Shown: piece after piece, positions 47,050-57,520 of the stretch | Layout of the letters: each line of letters starts with the position of its first letter | How positions within the stretch are numbered: the first letter of the stretch is position 1 | Assembly (NCBI GenBank): GCA_902826885.1 | Contig: CADEGL010000007.1 | Location: 10,588 to 74,587 of the forward strand | Length of the DNA stretch: 64,000 nucleotides | Source: an uncultured Alphaproteobacteria bacterium | GTDB lineage: Bacteria; Pseudomonadota; Alphaproteobacteria; CADEGL01 | Direction of reading: 5' to 3' | Program-made: the position numbers and the translations under genes | The notes under the pieces: generated by a model | What the model saw: the letters and a program-made list of their open reading frames with translations, nothing else | Told to the model about the DNA's origin: nothing | Database searches by the model: none

Positions 47050-47880
47050 TCAAGGCAGGGTAATGAAGACTGCGGCCAAACCCGGTAGCCCAGCCAGCGT
47101 GCCAATGACGAAAGCGCGCAGCCAGCGCAGCCGCCCCGTCGCCGGCCGGCGCCACACCAGATCGGCCGCGAAGGGCAACAGCAGGAGAAGGAACGACAAG
47201 CGCGGCAGCGCGGCATGCAGCCCGATGGTGACCATGAGCCCGAGCCATGCTCCGCCGCCGGTCAGCACGGCCGCCAGGGTGAACGGCCGGGGCAGACGAC
47301 CGAACGACACGGCGGCGAAAGCCAGACACGCCGCCCCAGCCGCCGCGAAAGGCGCCACCGTGGTCGTGATGCCCCAGGCCAACGCGGTGATCGACGCGAA
47401 GCCGCAGGATGCGGCCAGCATGAGCGGCGCATCGGCCTCGCGGCCGCGCGCCCGATCGAGGCGAAACAGCACGGCGACGCCCGCAACGCAAAGCGCCACG
47501 AGAAGCAGCGGATCTTCCGCGCGCGCGATCGACAGGCGCTGCCCCGCCACGACGGCAACCACGGCGAACGGCCAGAGCACGAGCGCGCACCGGCGGACAG
47601 CGGCGCCCGCGCGGCCGAAATCGAGCACAGCGCCCGCGGCGCCGCCGGCGAGCGCCAGGTAGAAGGTCCGGAAATCCGGCGGTCCCGGCGGCGGAAGCCA
47701 GACGAAAGTGGTCAGTTTCTGCACGAAGAACAGCGCGAGCGGCAACGCCAGGCCGGCCATGCGCCCGAGCCCGGCCGCCCGTAGCGCGATGACGAACGCC
47801 AGCGTGATGAAGAACGGATAGACCAGCCCCGCCGCCACATGACCGCCGCCCAAAGTGGAAAACAATAAGGTCAGACGTAT
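47050..47880 (-). CDS. Polytopic membrane protein, hypothetical
   Basis: It is strongly hydrophobic with multiple helices. The start is uncertain. The Arg-rich N-terminal part of the 343-aa ORF is an artefact, as is the competing ORF 46904-47923. Confidence 0.4.
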   Translation of the reverse strand: MRLTLLFSTLGGGHVAAGLVYPFFITLAFVIALRAAGLGRMAGLALPLALFFVQKLTTFVWLPPPGPPDFRTFYLALAGGAAGAVLDFGRAGAAVRRCALVLWPFAVVAVVAGQRLSIARAEDPLLLVALCVAGVAVLFRLDRARGREADAPLMLAASCGFASITALAWGITTTVAPFAAAGAACLAFAAVSFGRLPRPFTLAAVLTGGGAWLGLMVTIGLHAALPRLSFLLLLLPFAADLVWRRPATGRLRWLRAFVIGTLAGLPGLAAVFITLP

Positions 47881-47954
47881 CTCCCGCGGTCGGCTTCCTG
47901 GCCCGTGCGGCCTCGGATAACATGCCCTCCTGCCTTCCACGAGCGAAGAGTCCG

Positions 47955-49631
47955 ATGTCCAGCCTCGCCGCTTCCGCCGCGCCGTCCCCGGATGCCGTGA
48001 TGGCGGATCTCCTGCCCGCGTGCGCCGACGCGCTCGGCGCCGTCGATCACTATGTCGCGGCGGCACGCGACGCCTTGGCACGCGTCACGGGCGACGGAAA
48101 GGGCGACGTCTTCGAACGCCACCAATACGCCGCGCACGGATTCGCATGGGCGGCCACCTACGCGGCCGCCCTGCGCGAGTTGCTGGCCTGGGCGAAGCGT
48201 CTTGAGGAGGCGCGCACGCTGGGCGAGACCGAAGCCCTGATCCTACAGATCGGCTTCGGCGAGTATTTGGCGCAACTGAAGGGGGGCATTCCGCTAAGCC
48301 AGGGCGAGGTGGTGCGTGCCTCCGATCTGGGCCTCGACGAACGGGCGCTCGCGCCCCTGTATGCGGGCGCGGTCGAAACGCTGATCGCGCGCGGCACCGC
48401 GCATGGCGCGCGCATGCGCCTGGCCGCCCTCATCGCGGATGGAAATTTCGGCGATGACGGGCTGTCGGACGAGACGCTCGTCATGGTGCGCGATCAGTTC
48501 CGCCGCTTCGCCGACGAGCAGGTCGTCCCCCATGCCCATGGCTGGCACGTGCGCGACGAGCTGATCCCGCTCGCGGTGCTGGAAAAGATGGGCGAGCTGG
48601 GCGTGTTCGGCCTGACCGTGCCGCAGGAGCTGGGCGGCCTCGGCCTCGGTAAGATCGCCATGTGCGTGGTGACCGAGGAGTTAGCGCGCGCCTATATCGG
48701 CGTCGGCTCGCTGGGCACGCGCTCGGAGATCGCGGCCGAGCTGCTCGTCGCTTCGGGCACGCCGGACCAGCGCCAGCGCTGGCTGCCCGGCATCGTCGCG
48801 GGCGCCACCATCCCGACCGCCGTCTTCACCGAACCCAACACGGGCTCGGACTTGGCCAGCCTGCGCACCCGGGCGGAGCGCGCGGGCGACGCCTATCGCG
48901 TCACCGGCAACAAGACCTGGATCACCCACGCCGCGCGCGCCGACCTGATGACGCTCCTGGTCCGCACGGACCCGAAGGAGCCGGGCTACAAAGGCCTTTC
49001 CATGTTTCTGGCCGCCAAGCCGCGCGGCACGGCGGACAATCCCTTCCCCGCGAACGGCATGTCGGGCGGCGAGATCCGCGTGCTGGGCTATCGCGGCATG
49101 AAGGAATACGACATCGCCTTCGACGGCTTCGAGGTGCCCGCGCGCGACCTGTTGGGCGGCGTCGAGGGCCAGGGCTTCAAGCAGCTCATGGCCACGTTCG
49201 AATCGGCGCGGGTGCAGACCGCCGCGCGCGCCGTGGGCGTGGCGCGCAACGCGATGGAGCTGGCGCTGGACTATGCGCGCACGCGCGTCCAGTTCGGCCG
49301 GCCCATCGCGAACTTCCCGCGCGTGGCCGGCAAGATCGCCTGGATGGCGGTCGAAACCATGGTCGCGCGGCAGCTGACCCATTTCGCCGCGCGCGAGAAG
49401 GACTCTGGCCGCCGCTGCGACATCGAGGCCGGCATGGCCAAGCTTTTGGCCGCGCGCGTCGCATGGGCCAACGCCGACAACGCCGTCCAGGTCCATGGCG
49501 GCAACGGCTATGCCGTCGAGTTTCCCGTCAGCCGCGTGTTGTGCGACGCACGCATCCTCAACATCTTCGAGGGCACGGCCGAGATCCAGGCCACCGTCAT
49601 CGCGCGCGGTCTTTTGGCGCGACGAAATTGA
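47955..49631 (+). CDS. Acyl-CoA dehydrogenase family protein (long form)
   Basis: It has all three ACAD domains, GGNGYAVEFPVSRVLCDARILNIFEGTAEIQ and a catalytic Glu region. Confidence 0.8.
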   Translation: MSSLAASAAPSPDAVMADLLPACADALGAVDHYVAAARDALARVTGDGKGDVFERHQYAAHGFAWAATYAAALRELLAWAKRLEEARTLGETEALILQIGFGEYLAQLKGGIPLSQGEVVRASDLGLDERALAPLYAGAVETLIARGTAHGARMRLAALIADGNFGDDGLSDETLVMVRDQFRRFADEQVVPHAHGWHVRDELIPLAVLEKMGELGVFGLTVPQELGGLGLGKIAMCVVTEELARAYIGVGSLGTRSEIAAELLVASGTPDQRQRWLPGIVAGATIPTAVFTEPNTGSDLASLRTRAERAGDAYRVTGNKTWITHAARADLMTLLVRTDPKEPGYKGLSMFLAAKPRGTADNPFPANGMSGGEIRVLGYRGMKEYDIAFDGFEVPARDLLGGVEGQGFKQLMATFESARVQTAARAVGVARNAMELALDYARTRVQFGRPIANFPRVAGKIAWMAVETMVARQLTHFAAREKDSGRRCDIEAGMAKLLAARVAWANADNAVQVHGGNGYAVEFPVSRVLCDARILNIFEGTAEIQATVIARGLLARRN

Positions 49632-49635
49632 GCAA

Positions 49636-50397
49636 ATGGAAGATCCCGCATATACAGACAGCACCGTTTTATTTGCTGATGTATTGGGCTTCCGCGAGTT
49701 TGTCCAAAGATCGAAATCAGACCCACGGCTTATTAAAAGGTGGGCGGATTCCCTTAATAGCTTTCGTCAAAGTTCCTTAAATCCGGAAAGAGCCCCCGGC
49801 TATTGCCTCTCAACTTTTTCGGACTCGCTCTGTGCGTCCACGCCGTTTTCGGCCTCACATCTAGGCAGCTTCGTTGCCGGAATATCGTGCATCTCCATTT
49901 CCTTATTTATGTTAGGCCTGCCATTGCGAGGCGCTGTGGTTCGAGGAGCGCTCTATCATCCAAGTAGTGGTGTAGTGTTAGGACCAGCCCTCGTTCAGGC
50001 TTACGAGCTTGAGCAAACCGCCGTATATCCCAGGATATTGCTTCATCCCGAGTTACCTCAGATTTCCGACCCAGAAATTCAGGAGCTTGAGCTGACTTTT
50101 GAAGACTTTGACGGATGGCAAATCGTGAACTTTCTTGGCCCATTTCCAATTGTCTGCGGAAGCATATTTACCAACGAACCACCCGAAAAAATTGCCAAGG
50201 AAATTCGCGTGCGAATTGATGAGGCTGCCAATATGCCGCTGGAGCCGCGCATAAAGATGAAATACCAGTGGCTGCAAAAGTATTTTGATAGAGTTAATAG
50301 CCCCACCACGGACTATTCAAAGCCGCTGTCATTGGTCAGAAAGTCTATGGATGCGGCTAGAGTTGCCGCATCAGAAAAGTCGAACGCACAAAAATAA
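49636..50397 (+). CDS. Low-GC hypothetical protein with a divergent class III nucleotidyl-cyclase homology domain (CHD) plus an unknown ~110-aa C-terminal domain
   Basis: VLFADVLGF matches the FxDxxGFT metal-Asp motif. TFSDSLCAS matches the tiGDaymA second metal Asp. LRGAVVRGALYH...GVVLGPALVQAYELEQ matches the RiGihtG...GdtVNlAsRlE region. GC is ~48% against a 67% background. Confidence 0.5.
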   Translation: MEDPAYTDSTVLFADVLGFREFVQRSKSDPRLIKRWADSLNSFRQSSLNPERAPGYCLSTFSDSLCASTPFSASHLGSFVAGISCISISLFMLGLPLRGAVVRGALYHPSSGVVLGPALVQAYELEQTAVYPRILLHPELPQISDPEIQELELTFEDFDGWQIVNFLGPFPIVCGSIFTNEPPEKIAKEIRVRIDEAANMPLEPRIKMKYQWLQKYFDRVNSPTTDYSKPLSLVRKSMDAARVAASEKSNAQK

Positions 50398-50407
50398 AGC
50401 GATCACT

Positions 50408-50614
50408 ATGCAAACCCTGGCCGCCGTCTTTCCCTATCTGATCGGTTTCATGATGGCCGTCGTGCTGGCCATCCTGTTGACCGGCGTCGTCGGAATGCTG
50501 AGAGGGACCGAGTTCAACAAGCGCAACGGCAACAAGCTCATGCGCCTGCGCGTCGCGGCCCAGGCGGTGACCATCGTTCTGTTCGCGATCTACATGCTGT
50601 TCATCGACAAGTGA
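50408..50614 (+). CDS. Twin-transmembrane-helix small protein (HIG1 domain family)
   Basis: It is 68 aa with two transmembrane helices, native GC and a conserved (R/K)xNGNKLMRLRV motif. Confidence 0.7.
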   Translation: MQTLAAVFPYLIGFMMAVVLAILLTGVVGMLRGTEFNKRNGNKLMRLRVAAQAVTIVLFAIYMLFIDK

Positions 50615-50624
50615 GGTTGGCGCC

Positions 50625-51188
50625 GTGGTCCGTTTGACGCGCATCTACACCCGTGGCGGCGACAAGGGCGAAACCTCGCTGGGCGACGGCAGCCGGGTGA
50701 AGAAGCACGACCCGCGCGTGGTTGCCTATGGCGACGTGGACGAGGCCAACTCCGTCGTCGGGCTGGCGCGGCTGCACACGACGGGCGAGGCCGACGCCAT
50801 GCTGGCGCGTATTCAGAACGATCTGTTCGACCTGGGCGCGGACCTTTGCACGCCGGACGAGCCGAACCCCAAATACCCACCGCTGCGGGTCGCGAAGGAG
50901 CAAGTCACGCGCTTGGAGCGCGAGATCGACGCGATGAACGCGAAGCTAAAGCCGCTCGATTCCTTCATCCTGCCGGGCGGCTCGGCCGCCGCCGCCTATC
51001 TTCACCTCGCGCGCACCGTCTCGCGCCGGGCCGAGCGGCGCATGACCGAACTGGCCGAGCATGACGCGATCAATCCGGTCGCGATCGAATACATCAACCG
51101 CCTGTCGGACCACCTGTTCGTTCTGTCGCGCCATTTGAACGACGATGGCGCCAAGGATGTTCTGTGGGTGCCCGGCAAAAACCGCTGA
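50625..51188 (+). CDS. Cob(I)yrinic acid a,c-diamide adenosyltransferase (PduO-type ATP:cob(I)alamin adenosyltransferase)
   Basis: It has IYTRGGDKGETSL and a DLGADLC motif. Confidence 0.85.
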   Translation: MVRLTRIYTRGGDKGETSLGDGSRVKKHDPRVVAYGDVDEANSVVGLARLHTTGEADAMLARIQNDLFDLGADLCTPDEPNPKYPPLRVAKEQVTRLEREIDAMNAKLKPLDSFILPGGSAAAAYLHLARTVSRRAERRMTELAEHDAINPVAIEYINRLSDHLFVLSRHLNDDGAKDVLWVPGKNR

Positions 51189-51499
51189 AGAAAAGCTCCT
51201 CACCCCGGGCCCGTCGATGGGTGGGGTCCGAACACGGCCCAAGGGCCTCACGCTTCGACAAGCTCAGCATGAGGGCTTCATTTTCTTGAGCTTCCCCCGC
51301 TGATCACATGCTGATCGGGCTCGTCCCGTGGCGTTGACAGGCTCGCGGAGGCCCCCCTATGGTGCAGCGCGAAAAGGCCGGTCCAGGGCGGGTTTAGCCG
51401 CCTGAAAGCCAGCCGGCGCACGGCCCCTAAGGCCGCGGCGCGAAACGGAAATTCAACCCTTCGAACCAAGCCGCGCAAGATCCAGCGCAAGGGGAAAGC

Positions 51500-52249
51500 A
51501 TGAAGATCCTCGTCCCGGTGAAGCGGGTCGTCGACGCCAACATCAAGGTCCGCGTGAAGGCGGACGGTACCGGCGTCGAGACGCAGAACGTCAAGATGTC
51601 CATGAATCCGTTCTGCGAGATCGCGGTCGAGCAGGCCATCCGCCTGAAGGAAGCCGGCAAGGCGACCGAGATCATCGCCGTCTCTTGCGGCGTGGCGCAA
51701 AGCCAGGAAACGCTGCGCACGGCACTGGCCATGGGCGCCGACCGCGGCATCCTGGTCGAGACCGACGTAGCGCTTGAGCCCTTGGCCATCGCCAAGCTGC
51801 TCAAGGCCGTGGTGGAGAAGGAACAGCCGGGCCTGGTCATCCTGGGCAAGCAGGCCATCGACAACGATTGCAACCAGACCGGCCAGATGCTCTCCGCCCT
51901 CTTGGGCTGGTCGCAGGGCACCTTCATCTCGAAACTGGAATTGGGCGACGGCACGGCCGACGTCACGCGCGAGATCGACGGCGGCCTGGAGGTGATCAAG
52001 ATCAAGCTGCCCGCGATCGTCACCGTGGATCTGCGCCTGAACGAGCCGCGCTATGCCTCGCTGCCCAACATCATGAAGGCCAAGAAGAAACCCATCGAGA
52101 CGTTGAAGCCCGACGCGCTGGGCGTGGACGTGAATCCCCGCGTCGTCACGCTCAAGGTCGTCGAGCCGCCCAAGCGCAATGCCGGCGTCAAGGTGCCGGA
52201 CGTGAAGACGTTGATCGAGAAGCTCCGCAACGAGGCGAAGGTGATCTGA
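51500..52249 (+). CDS. etfB: Electron transfer flavoprotein beta subunit
   Basis: [12 protein letters not shown] is the canonical N-terminus. Confidence 0.9.
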   Translation: MKILVPVKRVVDANIKVRVKADGTGVETQNVKMSMNPFCEIAVEQAIRLKEAGKATEIIAVSCGVAQSQETLRTALAMGADRGILVETDVALEPLAIAKLLKAVVEKEQPGLVILGKQAIDNDCNQTGQMLSALLGWSQGTFISKLELGDGTADVTREIDGGLEVIKIKLPAIVTVDLRLNEPRYASLPNIMKAKKKPIETLKPDALGVDVNPRVVTLKVVEPPKRNAGVKVPDVKTLIEKLRNEAKVI

Positions 52250-52250
52250 C

Positions 52251-53186
52251 ATGTCCGTCCTGGTTCTGGCCGAACACGACAACAAAGAGATCAAGCCCTC
52301 GACCCTCAACACGGTAACCGCCGCGGCCAAGCTGGGCGGCGACGTGGTCTTGCTGGTCGCGGGCTCCGGTTGCGCCGATGCGGGCGCGGCCGCCGCCAAG
52401 ATCAAGGGCGTGTCCAAGGTCCTGGTCGCCGATTCGCCGGCCTATGCGCACCATCTGGCCGAGAACGTGGCGCCGTTGGTCGTGGGCCTCGCTTCCAACT
52501 ACAGCCACGTGCTGGCGCCCGCCTCCACCTACGGCAAGAACATCATGCCGCGCGTGGCCGCTCTCCTCGACGTGGGCCAGGTGTCCGACATCTCGGGTAT
52601 CGAATCGCCCGACACCTTCGTGCGTCCGATCTATGCCGGCAACGCGATGGCCACCGTCCAGTCCAAGGACAAGATCAAGGTCGTCACCGTCCGTTCGACC
52701 TCGTTCGACGCGGCACCCGCCGAAGGCGGCAGTGCGCCGGTCGAGAACGCGGCGGCCGGCAACGACACCGGCCTGACCCAGTTCCTGCGCCTCGAATCGC
52801 AGAAGAGCGAGCGCCCGGAACTGACCACCGCGCGCATCGTCATCTCGGGCGGCCGCGGCATGCAGGCCGGCGACAACTTCAAGATGCTGGAAGCCATCGC
52901 CGACAAGCTCAACGCCGCCGTGGGCGCCAGCCGCGCCGCGGTCGACGCGGGCTTCGTGCCCAACGACTATCAGGTCGGCCAGACCGGCAAGATCGTGGCG
53001 CCGGAGCTGTATATCGCCGTCGGCATCTCGGGCGCGATCCAGCACCTAGCCGGCATGAAGGACTCCAAGGTCATCGTCGCCATCAACAAGGACGAAGAGG
53101 CGCCCATTTTCCAGGTCGCCGATTACGGCCTGGTCGCCGACCTGTTCAAGGCGCTGCCGGAGTTGACCGAGGAACTGTCCAAGTAA
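52251..53186 (+). CDS. etfA: Electron transfer flavoprotein alpha subunit
   Basis: It has the C-terminal FAD-binding [19 protein letters not shown] motif. Confidence 0.9.
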   Translation: MSVLVLAEHDNKEIKPSTLNTVTAAAKLGGDVVLLVAGSGCADAGAAAAKIKGVSKVLVADSPAYAHHLAENVAPLVVGLASNYSHVLAPASTYGKNIMPRVAALLDVGQVSDISGIESPDTFVRPIYAGNAMATVQSKDKIKVVTVRSTSFDAAPAEGGSAPVENAAAGNDTGLTQFLRLESQKSERPELTTARIVISGGRGMQAGDNFKMLEAIADKLNAAVGASRAAVDAGFVPNDYQVGQTGKIVAPELYIAVGISGAIQHLAGMKDSKVIVAINKDEEAPIFQVADYGLVADLFKALPELTEELSK

Positions 53187-53226
53187 GTCCGCGGCCGTTA
53201 TCGGCGCGCGGTAAGGAGCAAGGACC

Positions 53227-54099
53227 ATGATCAAGAAGATCGGCATCGTCGGCGCGGGCCAGATGGGCAACGGCATCGCGCATGTCTGCGCCTTGTCCGG
53301 CTATGACGTCGTGCTCGTCGACGTGAAGAAGGAGGCGCTGGAGAAGGCGCTCCAGACGATCGAGAAGAACATGGGCCGCCAGGTCGCGCGCGGCACGATC
53401 AAGGACGAGGACAAGTCGGCCGCGCAAAAGCGCATCCAGACCTCGGCCGACATCAAGTCGTTCGCCGACTGCGATCTGGTCATCGAATGCGCGACCGAGA
53501 ACGAGCAAGTCAAGCGCGAGATCCTGAAGTCCATCTGCCCGATCCTGAAGCCCGAGGCGATCGTCGCCACCAACACCTCGTCGATTTCGATCACGCGCCT
53601 GGCCGCGGCCACCGACCGGCCGGCCAAGTTCGTCGGCATGCACTTCATGAATCCCGTGCCGGTGATGGAGCTGGTCGAGCTGATCCGCGGCCTGGCGACC
53701 GACGAGCCCACCTATACCGCGGTGCGCGAACTGGCGATCAAGCTGGGCAAGCGCACGGCATCGGCCGAGGACTTTCCGGCCTTCATCGTCAACCGCATCC
53801 TGCTGCCGATGATCAACGAGGCCATCTACGTCCTCTACGAGGGCGTGGGCAACGTCGAGTCGATCGACACGGCGATGAAGCTGGGCGCCAATCACCCGAT
53901 GGGTCCCTTGGAACTGGCCGATTTCATCGGCCTCGACACCTGCCTGGCCGTCATGCAGGTGCTCTATGACGGGCTCGCGGATTCCAAGTATCGCCCCTGC
54001 CCGCTCCTGGTGAAGTACGTCGAGGCGGGCTGGCTGGGCCGCAAGGCCAAGCGCGGCTTCTACGACTACAGCAAGGAAAAGCCGGTTCCGACCCGCTGA
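53227..54099 (+). CDS. hbd: 3-hydroxybutyryl-CoA / 3-hydroxyacyl-CoA dehydrogenase
   Basis: It has [13 protein letters not shown] binding and an HFMNPVP motif. Confidence 0.85.
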   Translation: MIKKIGIVGAGQMGNGIAHVCALSGYDVVLVDVKKEALEKALQTIEKNMGRQVARGTIKDEDKSAAQKRIQTSADIKSFADCDLVIECATENEQVKREILKSICPILKPEAIVATNTSSISITRLAAATDRPAKFVGMHFMNPVPVMELVELIRGLATDEPTYTAVRELAIKLGKRTASAEDFPAFIVNRILLPMINEAIYVLYEGVGNVESIDTAMKLGANHPMGPLELADFIGLDTCLAVMQVLYDGLADSKYRPCPLLVKYVEAGWLGRKAKRGFYDYSKEKPVPTR

Positions 54100-54103
54100 A
54101 GCG

Positions 54104-54697
54104 TCAGCCGCCCTGGGGCTGATCCAGGTAGTGGCGGATCAGGCGCTTGCCGCCGGCGGAATCCCATTCTGCGGCACCTTCCATGCGTCCCACCGCCCGT
54201 CCGTCGCGGCCGATGATGTAGGTCACCGGCAAGGTCTTCTCCCCGAACGCGCGGAACAACGACGCGTCCGGATTCAGATAAGGCGTCAGGGACGAAAGCT
54301 GATAGCGAGCCAGAAACGGCTCGACCGGCTTCATCCCATCGCGATCGACCGAAACCGCGATAACCTCGAAATCGCCGCCGCCCAGCGCCTTCTGTAGCCG
54401 GTCGAGCGCCGGCATCTCGGCCACGCAAGGGGCGCACCAGGTGGCCCAGAAATTCACCAGCACCACCTTTCCTTTCCAGTCGGCCAGCGTGCGCGCGCGC
54501 CCGTCGCGGTCGGCGAACGAGGCCTCCGGCACTGGCCGGGGCGTGTCGAAGGGGCTAAAATTACTCGATTGGCCGGCGAAAGCCGGGGGCGGCGCCGCGC
54601 TTTCACGCGGCTGCCGCAGAACAAGGGCGAGAGCGGCCAGTCCCGCAAGCGCCGCCACGATGCCCAGGGTGCGGAGCCTTTTCCCGATGACGGTCAC
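54104..54697 (-). CDS. tlpA: TlpA-family periplasmic thiol:disulfide oxidoreductase
   Basis: It has a WATWCAPC thioredoxin motif and a transmembrane anchor. I chose the GTG start at 54697, because the longer ORF would overlap divergent argH. Confidence 0.65.
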   Translation of the reverse strand: MTVIGKRLRTLGIVAALAGLAALALVLRQPRESAAPPPAFAGQSSNFSPFDTPRPVPEASFADRDGRARTLADWKGKVVLVNFWATWCAPCVAEMPALDRLQKALGGGDFEVIAVSVDRDGMKPVEPFLARYQLSSLTPYLNPDASLFRAFGEKTLPVTYIIGRDGRAVGRMEGAAEWDSAGGKRLIRHYLDQPQGG

Positions 54698-54709
54698 GGA
54701 CGCCCTCGC

Positions 54710-56125
54710 ATGAGCGCGAGACGGAAAAAGGGCGGGACCAAGCCGCGCGCCAACGCGCTGTGGGGCGGCCGTTTCGCGGCGGGCCCGTCCGCGATCATGG
54801 AAAAAATCAACGCCTCCATCGGCTTCGACAAACGCCTGTACGCCCAGGACATCGCGGGCTCGCGCGCCCACGCCGCCATGCTGGCGCGGAAAGGTATCAT
54901 CTCGAAGACGGACGCGCTTGCCATCGATCGCGGTTTACAGAAGATCCTCGCCGAGATCGAGAGCGGCAAGTTCCGCTTCAAGACCGCGCTCGAGGACATC
55001 CATATGAATGTCGAGGCGCGGCTGGCCGATCTGATCGGACCGGCGGCCGGACGGCTGCACACCGCGCGCTCGCGCAACGACCAAGTCGCCACCGACTTCA
55101 AGCTGTGGGTGCGCGATTCGATCGACGCGCTCGATACCGCGCTCCAGGACCTGCAGGCCAAGCTGATCGCGCAGGCCGAGCGGCACGCGGACGCGATCAT
55201 GCCGGGCTTTACCCATCTGCAGGCCGCCCAGCCGGTGACCTTCGGCCATCACATGCTGGCCTATGTCGAGATGTTCGGACGCGACCGTGGCCGCTTGGCC
55301 GATTGCCGCGCGCGGCTCAACGAATCGCCCTTGGGCTCGGCGGCGCTTGCCGGCACGCCCTTTCCGATCGACCGGAATATGACGGCGAAGGCCCTGGGCT
55401 TCGCCCGCCCGGCGGCCAATTCGCTCGATGCCGTGTCCGACCGCGACTTCGCGCTGGAATACCTCTCCACCGCCGCGATCGCGGCCGTGCATCTGTCGCG
55501 CCTCGCGGAAGAGATGGTGATCTGGACCAGCGGGCCGTTCCGCTTCGTCCGGCTGTCCGATGCCTTCACCACCGGCAGCTCGATCATGCCGCAGAAGCGC
55601 AACCCGGACGCCGCCGAGCTGGTGCGCGCGAAGTGCGGCCGCATCGTGGGCAGCCTGAACGCGCTCCTGATGGTGATGAAGGGTCTGCCGCTGGCCTACG
55701 GCAAGGACATGCAGGAAGACAAGGAACCGGTCTTCGAGGCGACCGACGCGCTGGCGCTGGCCGTGGCGGCCACGTCCGGCATGATCGCCGACATGAAGCC
55801 CGACCGGAAGCGCATGCGCCAGGCCGCCGAGGACGGCTTCCTGACCGCGACCGACCTGGCCGATTGGCTGGTGCGCGAGCTGGGCCTGCCGTTCCGGCAG
55901 GCGCATCACGTGTGCGGCCGGGTGGTGAAACGCGCCGAGGAAAGCGGCAAGAGTCTGCAAGCCCTTACGCTTGCGGAACTGCGCGCGATCGAGCCGCGCA
56001 TCCACAAGGGCGTATACAAGGCCCTGTCGATCGAGAATTCCGTGGCCGCGCGCCGCAGCTTCGGCGGCACGGCGCCCGCGCAAGTGCGCCGCGCCGCGGC
56101 AACCGCGCGCCGGAGATACCTGTGA
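54710..56125 (+). CDS. argH: Argininosuccinate lyase
   Basis: It has [12 protein letters not shown] and a [12 protein letters not shown] fumarate-lyase signature. Confidence 0.9.
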   Translation: MSARRKKGGTKPRANALWGGRFAAGPSAIMEKINASIGFDKRLYAQDIAGSRAHAAMLARKGIISKTDALAIDRGLQKILAEIESGKFRFKTALEDIHMNVEARLADLIGPAAGRLHTARSRNDQVATDFKLWVRDSIDALDTALQDLQAKLIAQAERHADAIMPGFTHLQAAQPVTFGHHMLAYVEMFGRDRGRLADCRARLNESPLGSAALAGTPFPIDRNMTAKALGFARPAANSLDAVSDRDFALEYLSTAAIAAVHLSRLAEEMVIWTSGPFRFVRLSDAFTTGSSIMPQKRNPDAAELVRAKCGRIVGSLNALLMVMKGLPLAYGKDMQEDKEPVFEATDALALAVAATSGMIADMKPDRKRMRQAAEDGFLTATDLADWLVRELGLPFRQAHHVCGRVVKRAEESGKSLQALTLAELRAIEPRIHKGVYKALSIENSVAARRSFGGTAPAQVRRAAATARRRYL

Positions 56126-56256
56126 CGCGCCGGCTGATCGCGCTCTTGCTCGCGCTGGCCGTGATCATGCCCATCGCGGCATGCGGCCGCAAAGGACCGC
56201 CCGAGGCGCCGCCCAACAAGGAAGACGAATTCCCGAGAAGGTATCCGAGTGGCTGA
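56122..56256 (+). CDS. Small lipoprotein (LptM/YifL-like)
   Basis: It is 44 aa with an AACGRKGP lipobox. Its GTGA overlap with argH places it in the position conserved between argH and lysA in alphaproteobacteria. Confidence 0.5.
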   Translation: MTRRLIALLLALAVIMPIAACGRKGPPEAPPNKEDEFPRRYPSG

Positions 56257-57520
56257 GTTCACCGTCCGCCGTGGCGCGCTCCAAGCCGAGGGCGTGTCGC
56301 TGGAGAGGCTCGCGCGCGAGGTCGGCACGCCGTTCTACGTTTATTCGGCCGCGTCCTTGCGCCGCGCCTATCGCGCCTATGCCGATGCGTTCGCGCATCT
56401 GCCGGCCACGATCTGCTACGCGCTCAAGGCCAATTCCAACCAAGCCGTGCTGCGCGTGCTGGCACGCGAGGGTGCCGGCGCCGACGTCGTCTCGGGCGGC
56501 GAGCTGAAGCGCGCACTGGCCGCGGGCATTCCCGCCGCGCGCATCGTCTTCTCCGGCGTCGGCAAGACCGACGACGAACTGGCCTATGCGCTGCGCCGCG
56601 GGGTGGGACAGATCAACGTCGAATCCGACGCCGAGCTCGACGCGCTCGACCGCGTCGCGCGCCGCCTGGGCAAGCGGCCCCATGTCTCGTTGCGCGTCAA
56701 TCCGGATGTCGACGCAGGCACCCACGCCAAGATCACCACGGGCACGGCCGAGAACAAGTTCGGCATCGATTTCGCGACCGCGCGCCGCCTGTTCGCCGGC
56801 GCTGGCAAGCGACAGGTGCGCCTCGACGGGCTTGCGCTCCATATCGGCTCGCAGCTGACCGACCTGAAGCCGCTTGCCCGCGCCTATGGCCGCGTCGCGG
56901 TCCTGGTGCGCGAACTGCGCGCGGCGGGACGCACCGTCGCGCGGCTCGATCTGGGCGGCGGCCTCGGCATCCGCTACCGCGACGAAACGCCGCCCACGCC
57001 CGCTTCCTTGGCGCGCGTGGTCGAGAAGGACGTGGGCAAGCTGGGCTGTGCGTTGACGCTCGAACCCGGCCGTTCCATCGTCGGCGAAGCGGGCCTCTTG
57101 GTCAGTCGTGTCATTTATGTGAAGGACGGCACCGCACGCCGCTTCGTCGTGGCCGACGCGGCCATGAACGACCTGATCCGCCCAGCCCTTTATGGCGCCT
57201 ATCACGAGATCCTGCCGGTCCGGCGGCGCAAGGGTGCCGCGCGCGCGGTCGACGTGGTGGGACCCGTGTGCGAATCGAGCGACACCTTCGCGGTCCAGCG
57301 CCGCCTGCCGCCTGTAAAAGCGGGTGACCTCCTTGTTTTCGGTTCGGCCGGTGCCTACGGTTCCGTGATGGCTTCGACCTACAACACGCGCCCGCTGGTG
57401 CCGGAAATTCTGGTGGACGGCAAGCGCCACGCCGTGGTGCGCCCGCGCATCGGGGTCGAGGCGCTGATCGCGCAGGACCGCGTCCCCACCTGGCTCGACC
57501 GAGGCGCGCGGCGGCGCTGA
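56249..57520 (+). CDS. lysA: Diaminopimelate decarboxylase
   Basis: It has GTPFYVY, a YALKAN PLP-lysine motif and EPGRS. Confidence 0.9.
   Translation: MAEFTVRRGALQAEGVSLERLAREVGTPFYVYSAASLRRAYRAYADAFAHLPATICYALKANSNQAVLRVLAREGAGADVVSGGELKRALAAGIPAARIVFSGVGKTDDELAYALRRGVGQINVESDAELDALDRVARRLGKRPHVSLRVNPDVDAGTHAKITTGTAENKFGIDFATARRLFAGAGKRQVRLDGLALHIGSQLTDLKPLARAYGRVAVLVRELRAAGRTVARLDLGGGLGIRYRDETPPTPASLARVVEKDVGKLGCALTLEPGRSIVGEAGLLVSRVIYVKDGTARRFVVADAAMNDLIRPALYGAYHEILPVRRRKGAARAVDVVGPVCESSDTFAVQRRLPPVKAGDLLVFGSAGAYGSVMASTYNTRPLVPEILVDGKRHAVVRPRIGVEALIAQDRVPTWLDRGARRR

Noticed and set aside
46904-47923. 339-aa minus-strand ORF competing with the membrane-protein frame
   Set aside because: Its translation is Arg/Ala/Gly-rich and nonsense-like, whereas the alternative frame (47050-47880) encodes a coherent polytopic membrane protein.
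50408-50614. HIG1-like 2-TM protein as a possible Pycsar-type membrane effector for the adjacent cyclase-like gene
   Set aside because: The gene has native ~65% GC, unlike the 48% GC cyclase-like ORF. At 68 aa it is too short to hold a cNMP-binding domain. Its sequence fits the widespread twin-TM HIG1 family, so it is probably a resident gene beside the insertion.
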